From Botryllus schlosseri (lineage: Eukaryota), in contig CM119372.1 of NCBI GenBank assembly GCA_051294905.1, forward strand, positions 3,536,001 to 3,600,000: a stretch of 64,000 bases of DNA. The letters are read 5' to 3'. This document shows, in pieces, positions 52,101 to 64,000 of the stretch (position 1 is its first letter; the number at the start of each line of letters is the position of its first letter). The notes under the pieces are model-generated. The model worked only from the letters and a program-made list of their open reading frames with translations, had not been told where the DNA came from and searched no databases. The position numbers and the translations under genes were made by a program.

Positions 52101-54446
52101 CGTATCGATAGGTTGCTTATAGTTAAGCAATTTGTCAAGCAATTTGTCAAACGTGATACCCAAATATTTGTAGGTGTCGACAAATTCAAGTTCATGGTCA
52201 CCAGTTTAGGATGAGTGGAGGAATTTTCCTTTTCTTCGTGAACAGCATGCCTACGGTCTTGGCCTCACTGATGGTAAACCCTCATCTGGAACACCAGTCG
52301 CTTAACACATCGAGTGACGATTGAATGGAAGACAAGGGGGGCTGGATAAGAAGACCGCTATCCCAAACAGCGCAGTCATCAGCGAACACCGCATGTTCAG
52401 ACCGATGACCTAACGAGCTCGGTAAATCATTGATCAAAGGGCTGAGAACGCCTCCCTGGGGTATACCGTTCTGCAGTACGTACCTGTCAGAAAGTGTTTC
52501 CTACGGTCACTTGGAAAGTTCTGTCAGAAAGAAAGGAAATTTGTAATCCATCGGTGCATGTGTCCACGTATTCCGAGTTGGTATAGTTTCGCACAGATAG
52601 TTTCGCACAGAAGTGCGTGGCGCCATACCATATCGTAGGCTCGACTTATGTCTAAGAAGACCGCTACCACCGACCGCTGATGATATGGATATTCTTGTAA
52701 ATTGTGTCTCTGAGACGCAGTATATGGTCCAGGGTGCTTGTCGACCAAGCCGGGACTGCGAGGGATGTATGAGATTTTTTGACTACAAATCCCATCTTCA
52801 GCGATTGGTGACCATTACCTCCATGACTTTATAAATGTGACTCGTGAGAGATATAGGGCGGTACGAGTTCGCCGAGGTAGGATCTTTGCCCTTTTTGGCA
52901 ATTGGGCAGACTGTAGCATGTTTCCATGAGACTGGCAATTTCCCCGTCTCCCAGGATGCATTGCATAGTTTCAAAAGATCGGTGCGACCGGAGCATGATA
53001 GATTTTTAACATCGCATACCCTATGGAGTCCTCCCCGGGTGAAGTGTATTTTCGGGTACGCAAAAGCTTGATTTCGTTCGTCAGGAGTGAATTCGATGTT
53101 TGTTCGAATTCCTGTGCCGATCTGGTTCGTTGTCAGATGAACCGTGTTTTCAAAGTTAGCCTTCGTTATACGAAATCCTGCTGGGTAGTTGTCGGAGCTG
53201 CTCGTTTTAGCGAAGTGTGAAGCCAGTGTATTAGCTTTGGTTTTGTTATTTTGTGAAATTGATCCGTTCGACTTCAGCGTTGGTATGGAATTGAACGCAT
53301 GCACCCCGACATAGATCTCACCCCGACATAGATCTCATAACGTACCAGACTTTCTGCGTATGGGAGTGCAATGTACCACAAAAATCCACCAACATTTGCG
53401 TTTAGCAGAGAGGATGTTTTATCGACATTCGGCTCTCATACGTTTGAAGGCGATCACGTCTCGAATGTGAAAAGCACGTTTCATTTTCATGTAAGCAGCC
53501 TTTTTCCTGCGCACAGCACGAGTACATTCCACGTTCCACCAAGGTACGGCTATTTTCGTTGATATTTTCGGTCGTGGGATCGACTCTCACGCCGCTAAAA
53601 GTATAATTGAGAAATGGCGGTGGAGGCCTTCAGTTTCCCCATAGCAACGAAGTTGGAATAGAGGTGGAAATCCGCAGCAGCTGAGAAGGCTGACCAGTTC
53701 GCCTTACTGTAATCCCATCTTCGTTTTGAGGAATTGCACGACGCCCTATTATTGTATGTGGTCTGGACTACAACGTAAGCACTACCTATGAGCTGGTCGG
53801 TCACTGTTGTGGCACATCTCGCCGCAATGTTCCGAGACGACATCGACAGGTCAAGAAATGACCATCGATGGACGGCATCACACGCAATATTCATAAGAGT
53901 GGGTGACGATGAATTCATCAGGACAAGGTCGTTTCTATCCATTACTTCGCAGAGTTGGTTGCCACGAGCATTTGTCGAGTGACTCCATGAAGAATGGTGC
54001 GCATACAATAAGTCGCCGCATATACTGGAGCGTGATGACAAAGAGTCGGACATCCTAAAATCACTAGCTGTAGTTCGGACATCCTAAAATCACTAGCTGT
54101 AGTTGTATGTAAACGTTGCATATGTTCAAGTTCCCTACTCGCACACATAGTACCTTAAAAACGGATAAAGAGACGCATTGAGCGATGCTCGAACAAAAGT
54201 GGCAAAGCCGTCAGAGTGCACCGTCTTATCACGGCGGATTAGTTGGTACCCCCTAGTTTTGGTGTGTACTTTTGGACAGGTACCCCCTAGTTTTGGTGTG
54301 TACTTTTGGACAAGATGGGATTCTTGAATAAGAATAACGTCTGGTTGAATGGTTAAGGTTGACAAGTAGTGCTTAAATTCGTGTAGTTTGCGATAGATGC
54401 CCCTGCAGTTCCACTGTAAAAGGACTAAAGAGTCGTGATTAACCAT
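49200..54446 (-). pseudogene. LINE ORF2 (APE endonuclease, RT, RNase H), disrupted
   Basis: LLQWNCRG, IQESHL; YRPISLTS, FLDISRAYD, PQGGVLSP, FADD; SDSLS, WVPGH, GNELAD; RLRSGH. Confidence 0.9.
49535..51112. mobile_element. hAT Charlie element inserted in LINE ORF2, left junction duplicated
   Basis: CAGACCTGGGCAAAGTGCGGCCCGCGG...TTGCCCACCCCTG; flanks CTCTACAG/CTCTATAC. Confidence 0.75.
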
Positions 54447-54449
54447 TTA

Positions 54450-55914
54450 AAGTGTTATTTGACGTCTGGGAGGGAGTGTTCGGTTTCACCGAAGCTTTTC
54501 GTGACATTTTTCAGAGAGACTGCGGGTCAACAAAAAATCCCAAATATTTGCTGGGTCAACAGAAAATCCCAAATATTTGCTGGCATCTTTGGCTACAATA
54601 TTATTTAGAACGAAACCACTGTCGCTAGATTTGCTAGATTTACAAGCATTTACAGTTATCTTAAACGATTTCAGCAATGAGCGCATGAAGGACTACGGGG
54701 TCAATAGAAGCAAGCCCGCTTGTTGCGATTCCGACTGTTGGGTTGGCAGCAGTTCGAGAGGGTGGTTGTCGCCAGTGGCGCAGGTCACCATCGTTGGGCT
54801 GTGGGGTGGTAGGCCTGCAACTCCGACCACGGGTTAGTATATTCTTATAACTAAGTCGCTGCGGGTATGGCTTCAAGATCGTGTGTGCGTTGATCTGTTG
54901 GGGGCAGGATCGTCTACGATTACCGACTCATGGTACTCGGACATGGACTCGGTAGTTTCTTTGGGTTGTGTGAGGGACATATGATATCCCTCTCTAAGAG
55001 CATTAATTGTTGCTTCTATCCCTCTCTAAGAGCATTAATTGGTTGCTTCTTCCTTATATATTATGCAACCACCATATGCAGCGCTGTGTTCCTCGTTGCA
55101 ATTTACACATTTTTTGTTGTTTGAACAGGCGTCGTACCTGTGATCACGGCCACCGCATTTGGAGCAGCAACGTTTTCCGCGACAGTGCTTGGCGACATGC
55201 TCAAAGCGATTGCATTGGAAGCATCTCGTTGGCGGTGAATTGTATTGTCTGGTTTTAAAACAGAGATAGTGGAACATAACGTGTGGTGGAATCATCGTGA
55301 CCGTGCTGAAAGACAGCAGAACTGCAGATGCTAACAGTGCCATCTTTAGTTTTTTTGGTGAACTTTTGAACATGAATTACAATAATGCTGCGAAACCTTT
55401 CTAAGAGCTCCTGTTCAGATATTTCGACAGGTACTCCGGGGGTAACTGCGCGACTTGCGTACGGTCTGGGTTGAAAGATTGGCGTCTTAATTTTAATGGT
55501 TGTCGATGCTGACTTCAAAGTGGTGCGACCAAGGAGCTGCTTTGCTTGCTTTTCGTTGTTACAGGTGATAAGGATGTCACCCGTGCGAATAACCTTGATA
55601 TCAGCATAGCTGCCTATTGACGCATAAAGTGCCTTATTGACCAAGTCTGGGTGATACGATTTCATTAGTCTACCCTCTCCACTGAGCAAAACCTTGAGAT
55701 TTCCAGAGACAGGGACGGAAGACGGCACGGAAGAAGATACTTGCGAAGGAGATGTTACTTTAGGACAATGGTCCGGATTGTTGACCGTAGTAGCGTAGTC
55801 TCTAGCTATAACCTTAGCACCATTTCCATTTACATCGGAGTCACTCGCAGCTTCTTGACCGCTACACTTCTTGCGCTTCATACGACTAGACGTTTCTGCG
55901 TCCATGTTCTCCAT
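54450..55914 (-). pseudogene. LINE ORF1 (gag-like, three zinc knuckles), frameshifted
   Basis: CFQCNRFEHVAKHC, CSKCGGRDHRYDAC, CVNCNEEHSAAYGGC. Confidence 0.88.
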
Positions 55915-56253
55915 TTCCTACAAGAGGAATTGCAGAACTACTGATTCTTAACTGCTACGGTTAGGTAATGATACGACAATGCGACTCTGTCTGAACGACT
56001 CGGTGCTTTGATAGAGCAGACAAGAGCTAATCAAGAGACGACCGTGCTCGACGACGTCTAGCGATTGAATGAGCGCGGTAAATTCCTTTTGATCATCTGG
56101 AAGGAGTGACGCGTCAACTAATCGCAGTGATCCGTGCAGGGCACTATGACTTAAGACAGGGGTCGTAAACTAGGGTTGTCATACGTCTGGAAGTTCCTGA
56201 GCATGTCCAGAATTTCACTGTTTAAACTGAGTCCGGGAGGAAATGCTGAAATA

Positions 56254-56492
56254 GGTCTGCGGACGTAAAATGAGCAATTGAGCATGTTGGTTAAATTGCG
56301 TGTTAAGGGTGGGTTCCTCCTGGGTTGGGGTTGAATTTGGACTTGGGTTAGGATATATATAGCGGTTAATTTTAGAGAAATGTTTCGGGTTATGGTTAGT
56401 TTTGGGGTTATAAAGTCACACGCTGAAGTGATGCATGCTCAATTGTCGTTTTCCATTGTGTCGCATGATCAATGATCAAATGTCGGGCAACC
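56254..56492. mobile_element. Mutator-like MITE, same family as 3649-3951
   Basis: Shared right end ...ATGTCGGGCAACC; flanks GCTGAAATA/GCTGAATAT. Confidence 0.7.
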
Positions 56493-58758
56493 GCTGAATA
56501 TATATGCTGAAATGTCCGGAATTTTGAAGGCTTGAACGGAGCTCAAATTTCGTAAATCATCATAAACAACATCTTATTTTGAGAAAGATTTATGAACTTG
56601 AAATTTTTCTTCGCGCTGCGCGCGATATGGTGGCACCTATTTTGATTTTAACGTGACCACCCCTGTCCTCGCAAAAACTTCAATAAAAATGAAATTAAAC
56701 TAACTATCATTTATTGTAATAAGGCTGTTTGTTATCGCAATTGTACCAGAAGCGTTTATTCCGAGTTTCGGTATAACGCCGTTTGGAAGCTTTAGTCCAA
56801 TATAGTCTTTCTCCAGCTGGGGGTCGTTTGCCCTTTTGTGGCGATCGCGAAGATGTTGAACTTAACAACTTCCAACATAGTCCGTGAGTAAGTTTGTGTT
56901 AAAAGGTGCTGGTCTTTATTTCGTAATCAGCTTACCAAATTTTAGGTGGGCCATGCAACAATTTCAACTTGGAAATGTGGTCACAATCGCGACCATAAGA
57001 GGTTGGAAATCACCGGATGTAGGCTACAAACTGTTGGTGCGGACCGGCATTTCGGATCATAAATCAAACAAATCAATCAGGTTTATTAATATTTTCATCG
57101 TTTCAAAACATCACAAGACAGCGATACAATGAAAAGATAGGAAGGTGTCGAAATAACTTTAGCCTTTAAGATCAGACATCCACCTTAGCATAGGCGAAGT
57201 AAATAAGAGGCATGCACACTGAATGAAAAGTAATGCAGAGAATATAAGACGCAAGCGACAAAATGAGGTGTCATGTGCAAGGGCGTAGCAAGAAAAAATA
57301 TTTGGTAGGGGCGAAAAATTCGATGACGTAAATTAATACCCCCTTTAAAGATAAGTAAAAATTAGGTATCAACGATCCTTATTGGATGATTAACACAACA
57401 TCTGGGCGATCGTTATACCTATGTTCCACTCACAGACATAAAGTGATGTGATAATATAATGATTGTGAAAATATCAGGCGTCGACACTTTCGCGCCAAGC
57501 GCGAAATTTTTTCATGGTTAATGAATGAAATTGGTTCCTTATTGTACAATTATGCATTTATTAGTGAGTTTTATACTCAAATAAATGATTGAGCTGTAAA
57601 TAAAGCAACAAAAGACTTAACCGAAATTTGCACTTGTCACTACCTTCAACTCCAGTGAGTTGACACAAAAGTCGTTGTCAGCATGAACACAAGTCATGCG
57701 TGACGGTATGAGCCATAACCATACATCCCCCCACAACTCCGATAAAGGCACAACTTGGGGAGTTGAAAAGAAAAATGCGCAAGAAAAATGCGCAACAATG
57801 AACATGCATCAATATGAATACAACGCGCCAAGGACATAGTCTTTGTGCCAAAGTGGAGGATTCTTGACACGGTTTGACTTGCGGCCACCATCAGCGCTGG
57901 TTGATGGTGAAGTACCAGGAGAGTCATCATCCATGTACGCATCGTCAAGATCATCCACAGGCTGGTCGTTGCACTCTTTTTCGTCGTGTGCGTCATTGAG
58001 AACCCTCTGCGCGGGATTTGCACCATCAACATGCGGTGACTCAGGTGTCGGGCACGGGTGATAAAGTTTCCGTACCATGCTGCTTTTCAGTATATCGACA
58101 GAATGGCTGTACTTTACGAAGGTACTTTCTGTTTCGCAAAGTCAATCTCCCGGACCCATCAATCTTAACAAGATACTGGTCATTGCCGTTACACTGAACA
58201 ATCATACCTGTCTTATCCCATCGAAGAGGGAAACGTCCATGTTGATTTTGTACACGACAAATGTCCCCCACTTCAAGGGGTGCCAGATTATGAGTGCGTG
58301 GTCGCAAAGATTCGAGCTGCTTAGCGAACCTGGTACGTAACGTACGTTCTCTTGTCTGCCATAGCTTTGTCCACATCGGTCTTACGATATGTCCGTTGAA
58401 GACTGAACCAACTTTCTTGAATGGCAGAGTGTCTTTCAAAGGTCTTCCAAAAACGATTTGAGCTGGAGACAGGCCATTGTCTGGATCAGGACAGTTTCTG
58501 AACTGTAACACGGCTCGTACAAATGAGTCGGTTCGGAGCTCACCATCCTGTGATATATTTCCAGTGATAAGTCGTTTAATTGACTTGACCGCAATTTCAG
58601 CCCGTCCATTTGACCGAGCATTGTATGCTGAAGACAGTCTGTGTCGAACACCCCATCGACGTAGGAAATCTTGCGTACTATGTGCGGTGAATTCAGGTCC
58701 GCCATCGCTGCTCAGTTCTTCTACAACGCCGAATGTCATGAAGTATAGTTCCGTAAAG

Positions 58759-61430
58759 CAGTGTTGGGATCAAGTCACTACCTTCGAGTCACGAGTCATC
58801 TCGAGTCATTGCACATTTTGACTCGAGTCAAGTCAAGTCAATCGATTTTCGAAGGTGACTCGAGTCAAGTCAAGTCACTCGTTTTTTGGAGGTGACTCGA
58901 GTCAAGTCGAGTCAAGTCAAGTCAAGTCACGAGTCAAGTCACAATTCAAGTCAAATCTAATTTTCGAAGTATGAGTGATGACGCAAAGTCATTATATTTT
59001 GCTAGCTGTGTGAATGACAGATTAATTGGTCATTTATATTGAATCAAATCACGAATATAAAGTTAAATATACACGCAAAAAGACGTTGCATCACTCTCGC
59101 ACGCGTAGAGCTGCTAATAAAATACGTGAGTAACTGTACAGTAGTGTACACTATAGGGTTGTCCATAATTTGGAAAATCTTACAAATCCTCGGTTGTAAT
59201 GTCTTATTCGATAGATTATTGATAAAAAACGACAATGAGCCTGAAAGAAGCTCACAGAAAGGCCGTTAAGATTTCGTGCAAAGCGTTTGAAAGTAACTGC
59301 CGAAGAATGGGCGTGCCACCGACCATAGAACGGCGTGAAGGCTAGTAATCAAGAAACCACGGCTCTTGATTGGATAATCGGCTATGCTTCAATGACCACG
59401 TCAGCAGCAGCTTGCTGATTATGTGAACAAGGAGTCTGCTACTGGCGGCGATTCTGAAAGCGCATTGTATGTAGGTTGACAGATAATGATTTAGGATTGA
59501 TTAAGGGTATGTTGAGGTACGAAATACATGATGAACAAACAACAGCTGCTTCACAAAAACGTCTAAAGCGTGACTGCTTTATTGTGAAAGAAACCGCCGT
59601 AGCCTATATGCCTTGTTTTCAACGAGGGAAAGCATAGGCGCTTATGCAAGTGGCGACGGATTCCTAGTTTCAGAAATAATATATCATTATTGAATACAAA
59701 GATGAAGCTTAACAATGACACTATAGTTTGTGTGATCTCATTGGGCTCAGGTTGTAGTACATAGTTGAAGTATTGAAAGCTCTAAGGGTCGGCTGAATCA
59801 GCGGGTTATGCTTGGCACTTGTCAGATGCTTGCAGCAAACTGTATTCACTTGGAAGTGTTGTCAGAGTCCTTGATGATGACGCAGAAAAGAGGCGTAAAA
59901 GTAAGCACATAATATGCTGGATATGATATGTCAAATTCCTTAATAATCGCGCAGAAAAGGGGTGTAAAGGTAAACACAGACAATGCTGCATAGTGCATAG
60001 TGTCCAGCATAGTTTGCATATCATATCAAGCAGGGCCTGTGCTTGCATTTAAACCTCGTTTCTGCGACATCATTAGGGACTTTGAAAACATTTACAAGTG
60101 AATTCAATTTGCTGCAAACCTCTGATGAGTGCTAAGCCTAACCGTCTGATTCAGCCGATCGCTAGAGCATTCAAAACTTCAACTATGTATTGCAACCTGA
60201 GCCCAATAAGATCACCTAACTTATAGTGTCATTGTTAAGCTTTATCTTTGTATTCAATAATGATATATTATTTCTGAAACTAGGAATCCGTCGCCACTTG
60301 CATAAGCGCCTATGCTTTCCCTCGTTGAAAACAAGGCATATAGGCTACAGCGGTTTCCTTCACAATGAAGCGGTCATGCTTCAGACGTTTTTGTGAAGCA
60401 GCTGTTGTTTGTACATCATGTATTTCGTACCTCAAGATACCTTGAATCAATCCTATATCATTATCTGTCAACCTACATACAATGCGCTTTCAGAATCGCC
60501 GCCAGTAGCAGACTCCTTGTTCACCTAATCAGCAAGCTGCTGCTGACGTGGTCATTGAAGCATAGCCGATTATCCAATCAAGAGCCGCGGTTTCTTGATT
60601 ACTAGTCTTCTCGCCGTTCTATGGTCGGTGGCACGCCCATTCTTCAGCAGTTACTTTCAAACGCTTTGCACGAAATCTTAACGGCCTTTCTGTGAGCTTC
60701 TTTCAGGCTCAGTGTCGTTTTGCATCAATAATCTATCGAATAAGACATTACAACCGAGGATTTGTAAGATTTTCCAAATTATGGACAACCCTAGTGTACA
60801 CTGTTGCACAGCTACGTGCTACAGTCAATTATTATCAGCCAAAATATAGAACCGAATACAAAGCCTCGAGAAGTTGAAACAAATTGATGTGGTACAATAG
60901 TCTACAGTCTGCACCACCCATCTACACATCTGTGAGAATATAAACGCACAAACTATATTTCGTCGATTTGAATCAAACAAGACTGTTGGTAAAGGTGAGC
61001 ACTGCGCAATGTAAGCATTGAGCCGTCTAAGAAACAGAGACACATTGCTATTAGATTAATCTACTATTACTGCTACAACGTAAACTGTAATGGTTTCGTT
61101 TGCGGTCAATTTCTATGTGATGTAACAATGGAGTATCAGTTTAACGTACAATCAGTGAAAGATCGGTTGCTCTCACTAGTGACACAGGCGCATCTCGAAC
61201 AATCCGAACATATACAAGATACAGTGATTAGATCGACACCGTTTACTTGATGACTTGAAATTGACTCGTAAAATTTGCTCCGAGTCACGAGTCAATACAC
61301 ATTTCTGAAGCTCCGAGTCAAGTCAAGTCAAGTCATTTTTCCAAAGTGACTCGAGTCAAGTCAAGTCATACGAAAAAGTTGACTCGAGTCTGACTCGAGT
61401 CAAGTCATGACTCGAGTCATCCCAACACTG
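58759..61430. mobile_element. hAT element with GACTCGAGTC subterminal repeats, inserted in Gypsy integrase
   Basis: CAGTGTTGGGAT...ATCCCAACACTG; perfect TSD CCGTAAAG. Confidence 0.9.
59154..60793. mobile_element. Foldback non-autonomous hAT element, second copy
   Basis: TAGGGTTGTCCATAATTTGG TIRs with arms of about 680 bp; TSD GTGTACAC (extra TA at the left end). Confidence 0.9.
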
Positions 61431-61820
61431 CCGTAAAGCGTCTTGCAGTCCAAGTGCACCAGAGGTTTGAGTGCCAGGCTTGATATGAAAGATTTCATGC
61501 CAATTGCTGAAACGATCGATGGCTACGAGATACTGGTGACCTGCAACAGTGCAGTAATTTGCGGCAATAGCCTGAAAGGGATATGTCGGTACGTCAGGAT
61601 CACAAGGGGGCAAATGCGGCTGGCTCGTTGCGGACCTGCTACACGCATCACATTGTGCCCGCGTTCTTGCAATGCAAGCCGACATACCGGGCCAGAAAAC
61701 AGTAGCTTGAGCTCTCTGTGACATGGCATTGATACCTTGGTGAGCAGAATGAAGGGTGTCACATATTGGTTTCCTCAGAATTGAAGGTATAACAACTCGA
61801 TCATCATACATGACGACATC

Positions 61821-62349
61821 GCCAAGTTTATGTATCAGTTTCACTGCGGTCGTTGCCCCGAATATTTCAATGACTTCTTTACCTCTGAATCAAAAGCGCA
61901 CAAGTACAACACACGCGCGTCCACGTCGTCCAAATATCATATGATCGACCGAAAAGACCATCGCTCCATCAAATATGCCGGACCTGATGTGTGGAACAGT
62001 ATCCCGCCGGCCATCCGACAGTCGACGAGCATGTCCACATTCAAGTCGAAATACAAGCAATTACTACTAAATAAATACAGTCCATCCTCAAGATTACCGG
62101 ACCACGACTGACCTATCGATCTCACTTCCCATGACATGCCGCCCTATTTCTTGTCGCATTCTTCTTCTATACTATCTTCTTTACTTTCATTCAGTGTGCA
62201 TGCCTCCTCTTTACATCGCCTAGGCCAAGGTGGGTGTCAGATTCCATAGACTACTCCTTGTCGCTTCGACATCTTCCTGTCTTTTCATTGTATCGCATTT
62301 TTGTGGTGTATTGAACTGATAAAATTGCTAATAAACCAATGATGATGAT
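61821..62349 (+). mobile_element. 5'-truncated CR1/L2-like LINE in Gypsy pol
   Basis: KFMYQFH...HKYNTR...SIKYAGPDVWN...FKSKYKQLLL, 3'UTR, AATAAA and (TGA)n tail; splits Gypsy LSIVDD|VVMY. Confidence 0.85.
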
Positions 62350-63092
62350 CATCATCAACAATAGAAAGCTTACCACGATAGCGCCAATATGCTTGGACCT
62401 GAAACGGCAACTGATCCGATCCACGTGAGAATCCTGAGACGATGTATTCCTTCAGCTTACTGAGCGTATCATCGCATATAGGGTAGCTTTTCGCACATCC
62501 TCCCATGAAATGACTTTAATGGCGTTCAGAGATGCCCTTGTAGCTCCAATAATAGACGTCTCTACTTGGTTGTTTTCATCGTGACCTGCCGCCACACAAT
62601 CGACTGGGTCCAGGGAGGACCAGTGAGTCGTGTCCAGTGATGTGGGGTGCCTCGAGAACGCATCCGATGCCGGTATGGATTTACCTGGAACATGAAAAAT
62701 ACGAAAGCGCCAGGACATTGTACGCTGCTTCAGGCGGAATATTCTAGTGTTTGTAATATCGTCCAACGATTTGTCCCCGAAGATTTTGATCAGCAGTTTG
62801 TGATCGGTAGCGATACCAAGGTCATCACAGCCAAGGGTAAATAACTTGGTATTCTCCAGTGACCATGCCACAGCAAGGGCTTCATCTTCAATCGGAGCGT
62901 ATCGTCTTTCTGAATCACGTAAGAATCGGGAGCCTGCCAGAGTAATTTTCCAGCCATTGGGACAGCAATCAGGCGTCGTAGATTCGCACTCGCAGTATTT
63001 TTGACGCAGCCATTACCCAATGCCCGTTTTCGACCAGTCAGGATTCAAACAAGTTTTCCGCTTCGGGTCAAAAATGCGCACCCCATTTTGGA

Positions 63093-64000
63093 TTGGCCTT
63101 TTTGAAGTTTATAACGTCTGTTATATCAAATGTGCGCTTCATTCGTAAATATGCTTCTCTTTTCCTACGAACCATTCTCTCACATTCGGGACTCCACCAA
63201 GGGACAGATTTCTTGTCCGTATTCTTTGTCTTTGGTATTGATCGATTCGCTGCTGTCGTTATGCATTTTGTTAGAATAGTATTTGCAGACTCAACATCTC
63301 GTTGATCGGACAAATCGATCATTTCATCTGCAATGTGGAAGAACTTCTTCCAATTGGCTTTCTTGAGAGACCACGATGGTGGTCGATAAAAAGAAGTTAT
63401 CGCCGAGTTTGTCATATACTTCGTGAATACTAGGAAATGATCACTTATTCCTAGCAGCGACGAAGATATTTCAGTTTGGCATCTAGCGGCTATATCTTGA
63501 GTAGAGAGTGTTAAATCTAGTAACGACCAACGATTGACAGCATTGCTCGCGAGATTGATATGTGTTGGAGTTCAACATGACTAGTTCAACATGACTAAGT
63601 TTGCGTGATCGAGGACATTAAAAAGTTTAGTCCCTCGTTGGTTCGTTTGGTAACTCCACGACCAATAATGATGTGCATTGAAGTCGCCAAAGACGATGGA
63701 TTTTGGTGGTAACGTCTCGAAAACGCTCGCATCACTGTCGCGTAAGCGGCAGTCGGGTGGGATGTACAGTGTACACATTGTACCATGATAGACCTTGAGG
63801 CTTCACACAAAGTACTTCGATGTCGGTTGTAGCAACTGCTTCGATGCTGGAGTTATGTGAAGATTTATTAAATATCGCCAATGCATCAGAATGAAGGGAT
63901 TTGTCCTTTCTGTGACAGTGATATCCTGGAAATTTCGGAGAGTATTTTTCGATAAGGTGTGTTTGCTGGAGAATTATCGCATCTGGAGCACGTTCCAGAG
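63093..64000 (-). mobile_element. I-group LINE fragment (APE endonuclease region)
   Basis: LYIPP, FGDFNAHH, LLDLTL, SDHF, KANWKKF, VPWWSPEC; runs off the right edge and abuts Gypsy RNase H. Confidence 0.85.

Larger units (their letters stand above)
49058..56074 (-). mobile_element. Full-length I-group (I/Nimb-like) LINE, degenerate
   Basis: 5' CATTC start, (TAA)n tail at 49056-49075, 10-bp TSD GCGGTAAATT; ORF1 with CCHC knuckles; ORF2 with APE, RT and RNase H. Confidence 0.92.
57515..63092 (-). mobile_element. Ty3/Gypsy element, 3' part (RNase H, integrase, PPT, 3' LTR), multiply interrupted
   Basis: DWSKTGIG and TDHKLL RNase H; LHSAHQG..C..C, SDGGPEF, SNGRAE integrase; GGGGGGA tract then TGTATGG LTR start at 57725; LTR far end approximate. 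Confidence 0.85.

Overview
AT-rich, repeat-dense animal genomic DNA; a marine invertebrate such as a tunicate is plausible but is only an inference. The one clearly intact host gene is the 5' part of CLASP (minus strand, nine GT-AG exons, 7337->978, running off the left edge). The rest is mostly nested transposons: a CsRn1-like Gypsy provirus (10.65-21.35 kb) whose 5' LTR is split by a 3.5-kb long-TIR element, a degenerate hATm-like transposon, a full-length I-group LINE with TSD, a second Gypsy, many hAT/MULE/Harbinger MITEs, tRNA-SINEs and a ~115-bp satellite. The most notable observations are: (1) a disrupted pseudokinase-KEN gene at 46.8-48.4 kb whose motifs resemble RNase L; (2) a minimal Penelope-type hammerhead ribozyme motif with two decayed copies; (3) possible family-B DNA polymerase remnants inside the long-TIR element; (4) a foldback hAT family that inserts into palindromic RTGTACAY sites; (5) a CCA-bearing tRNA-Leu 3' half; (6) a chimeric retro-insertion with a 12-bp TSD. 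Family assignments come from motif recognition by eye; no searches were run.
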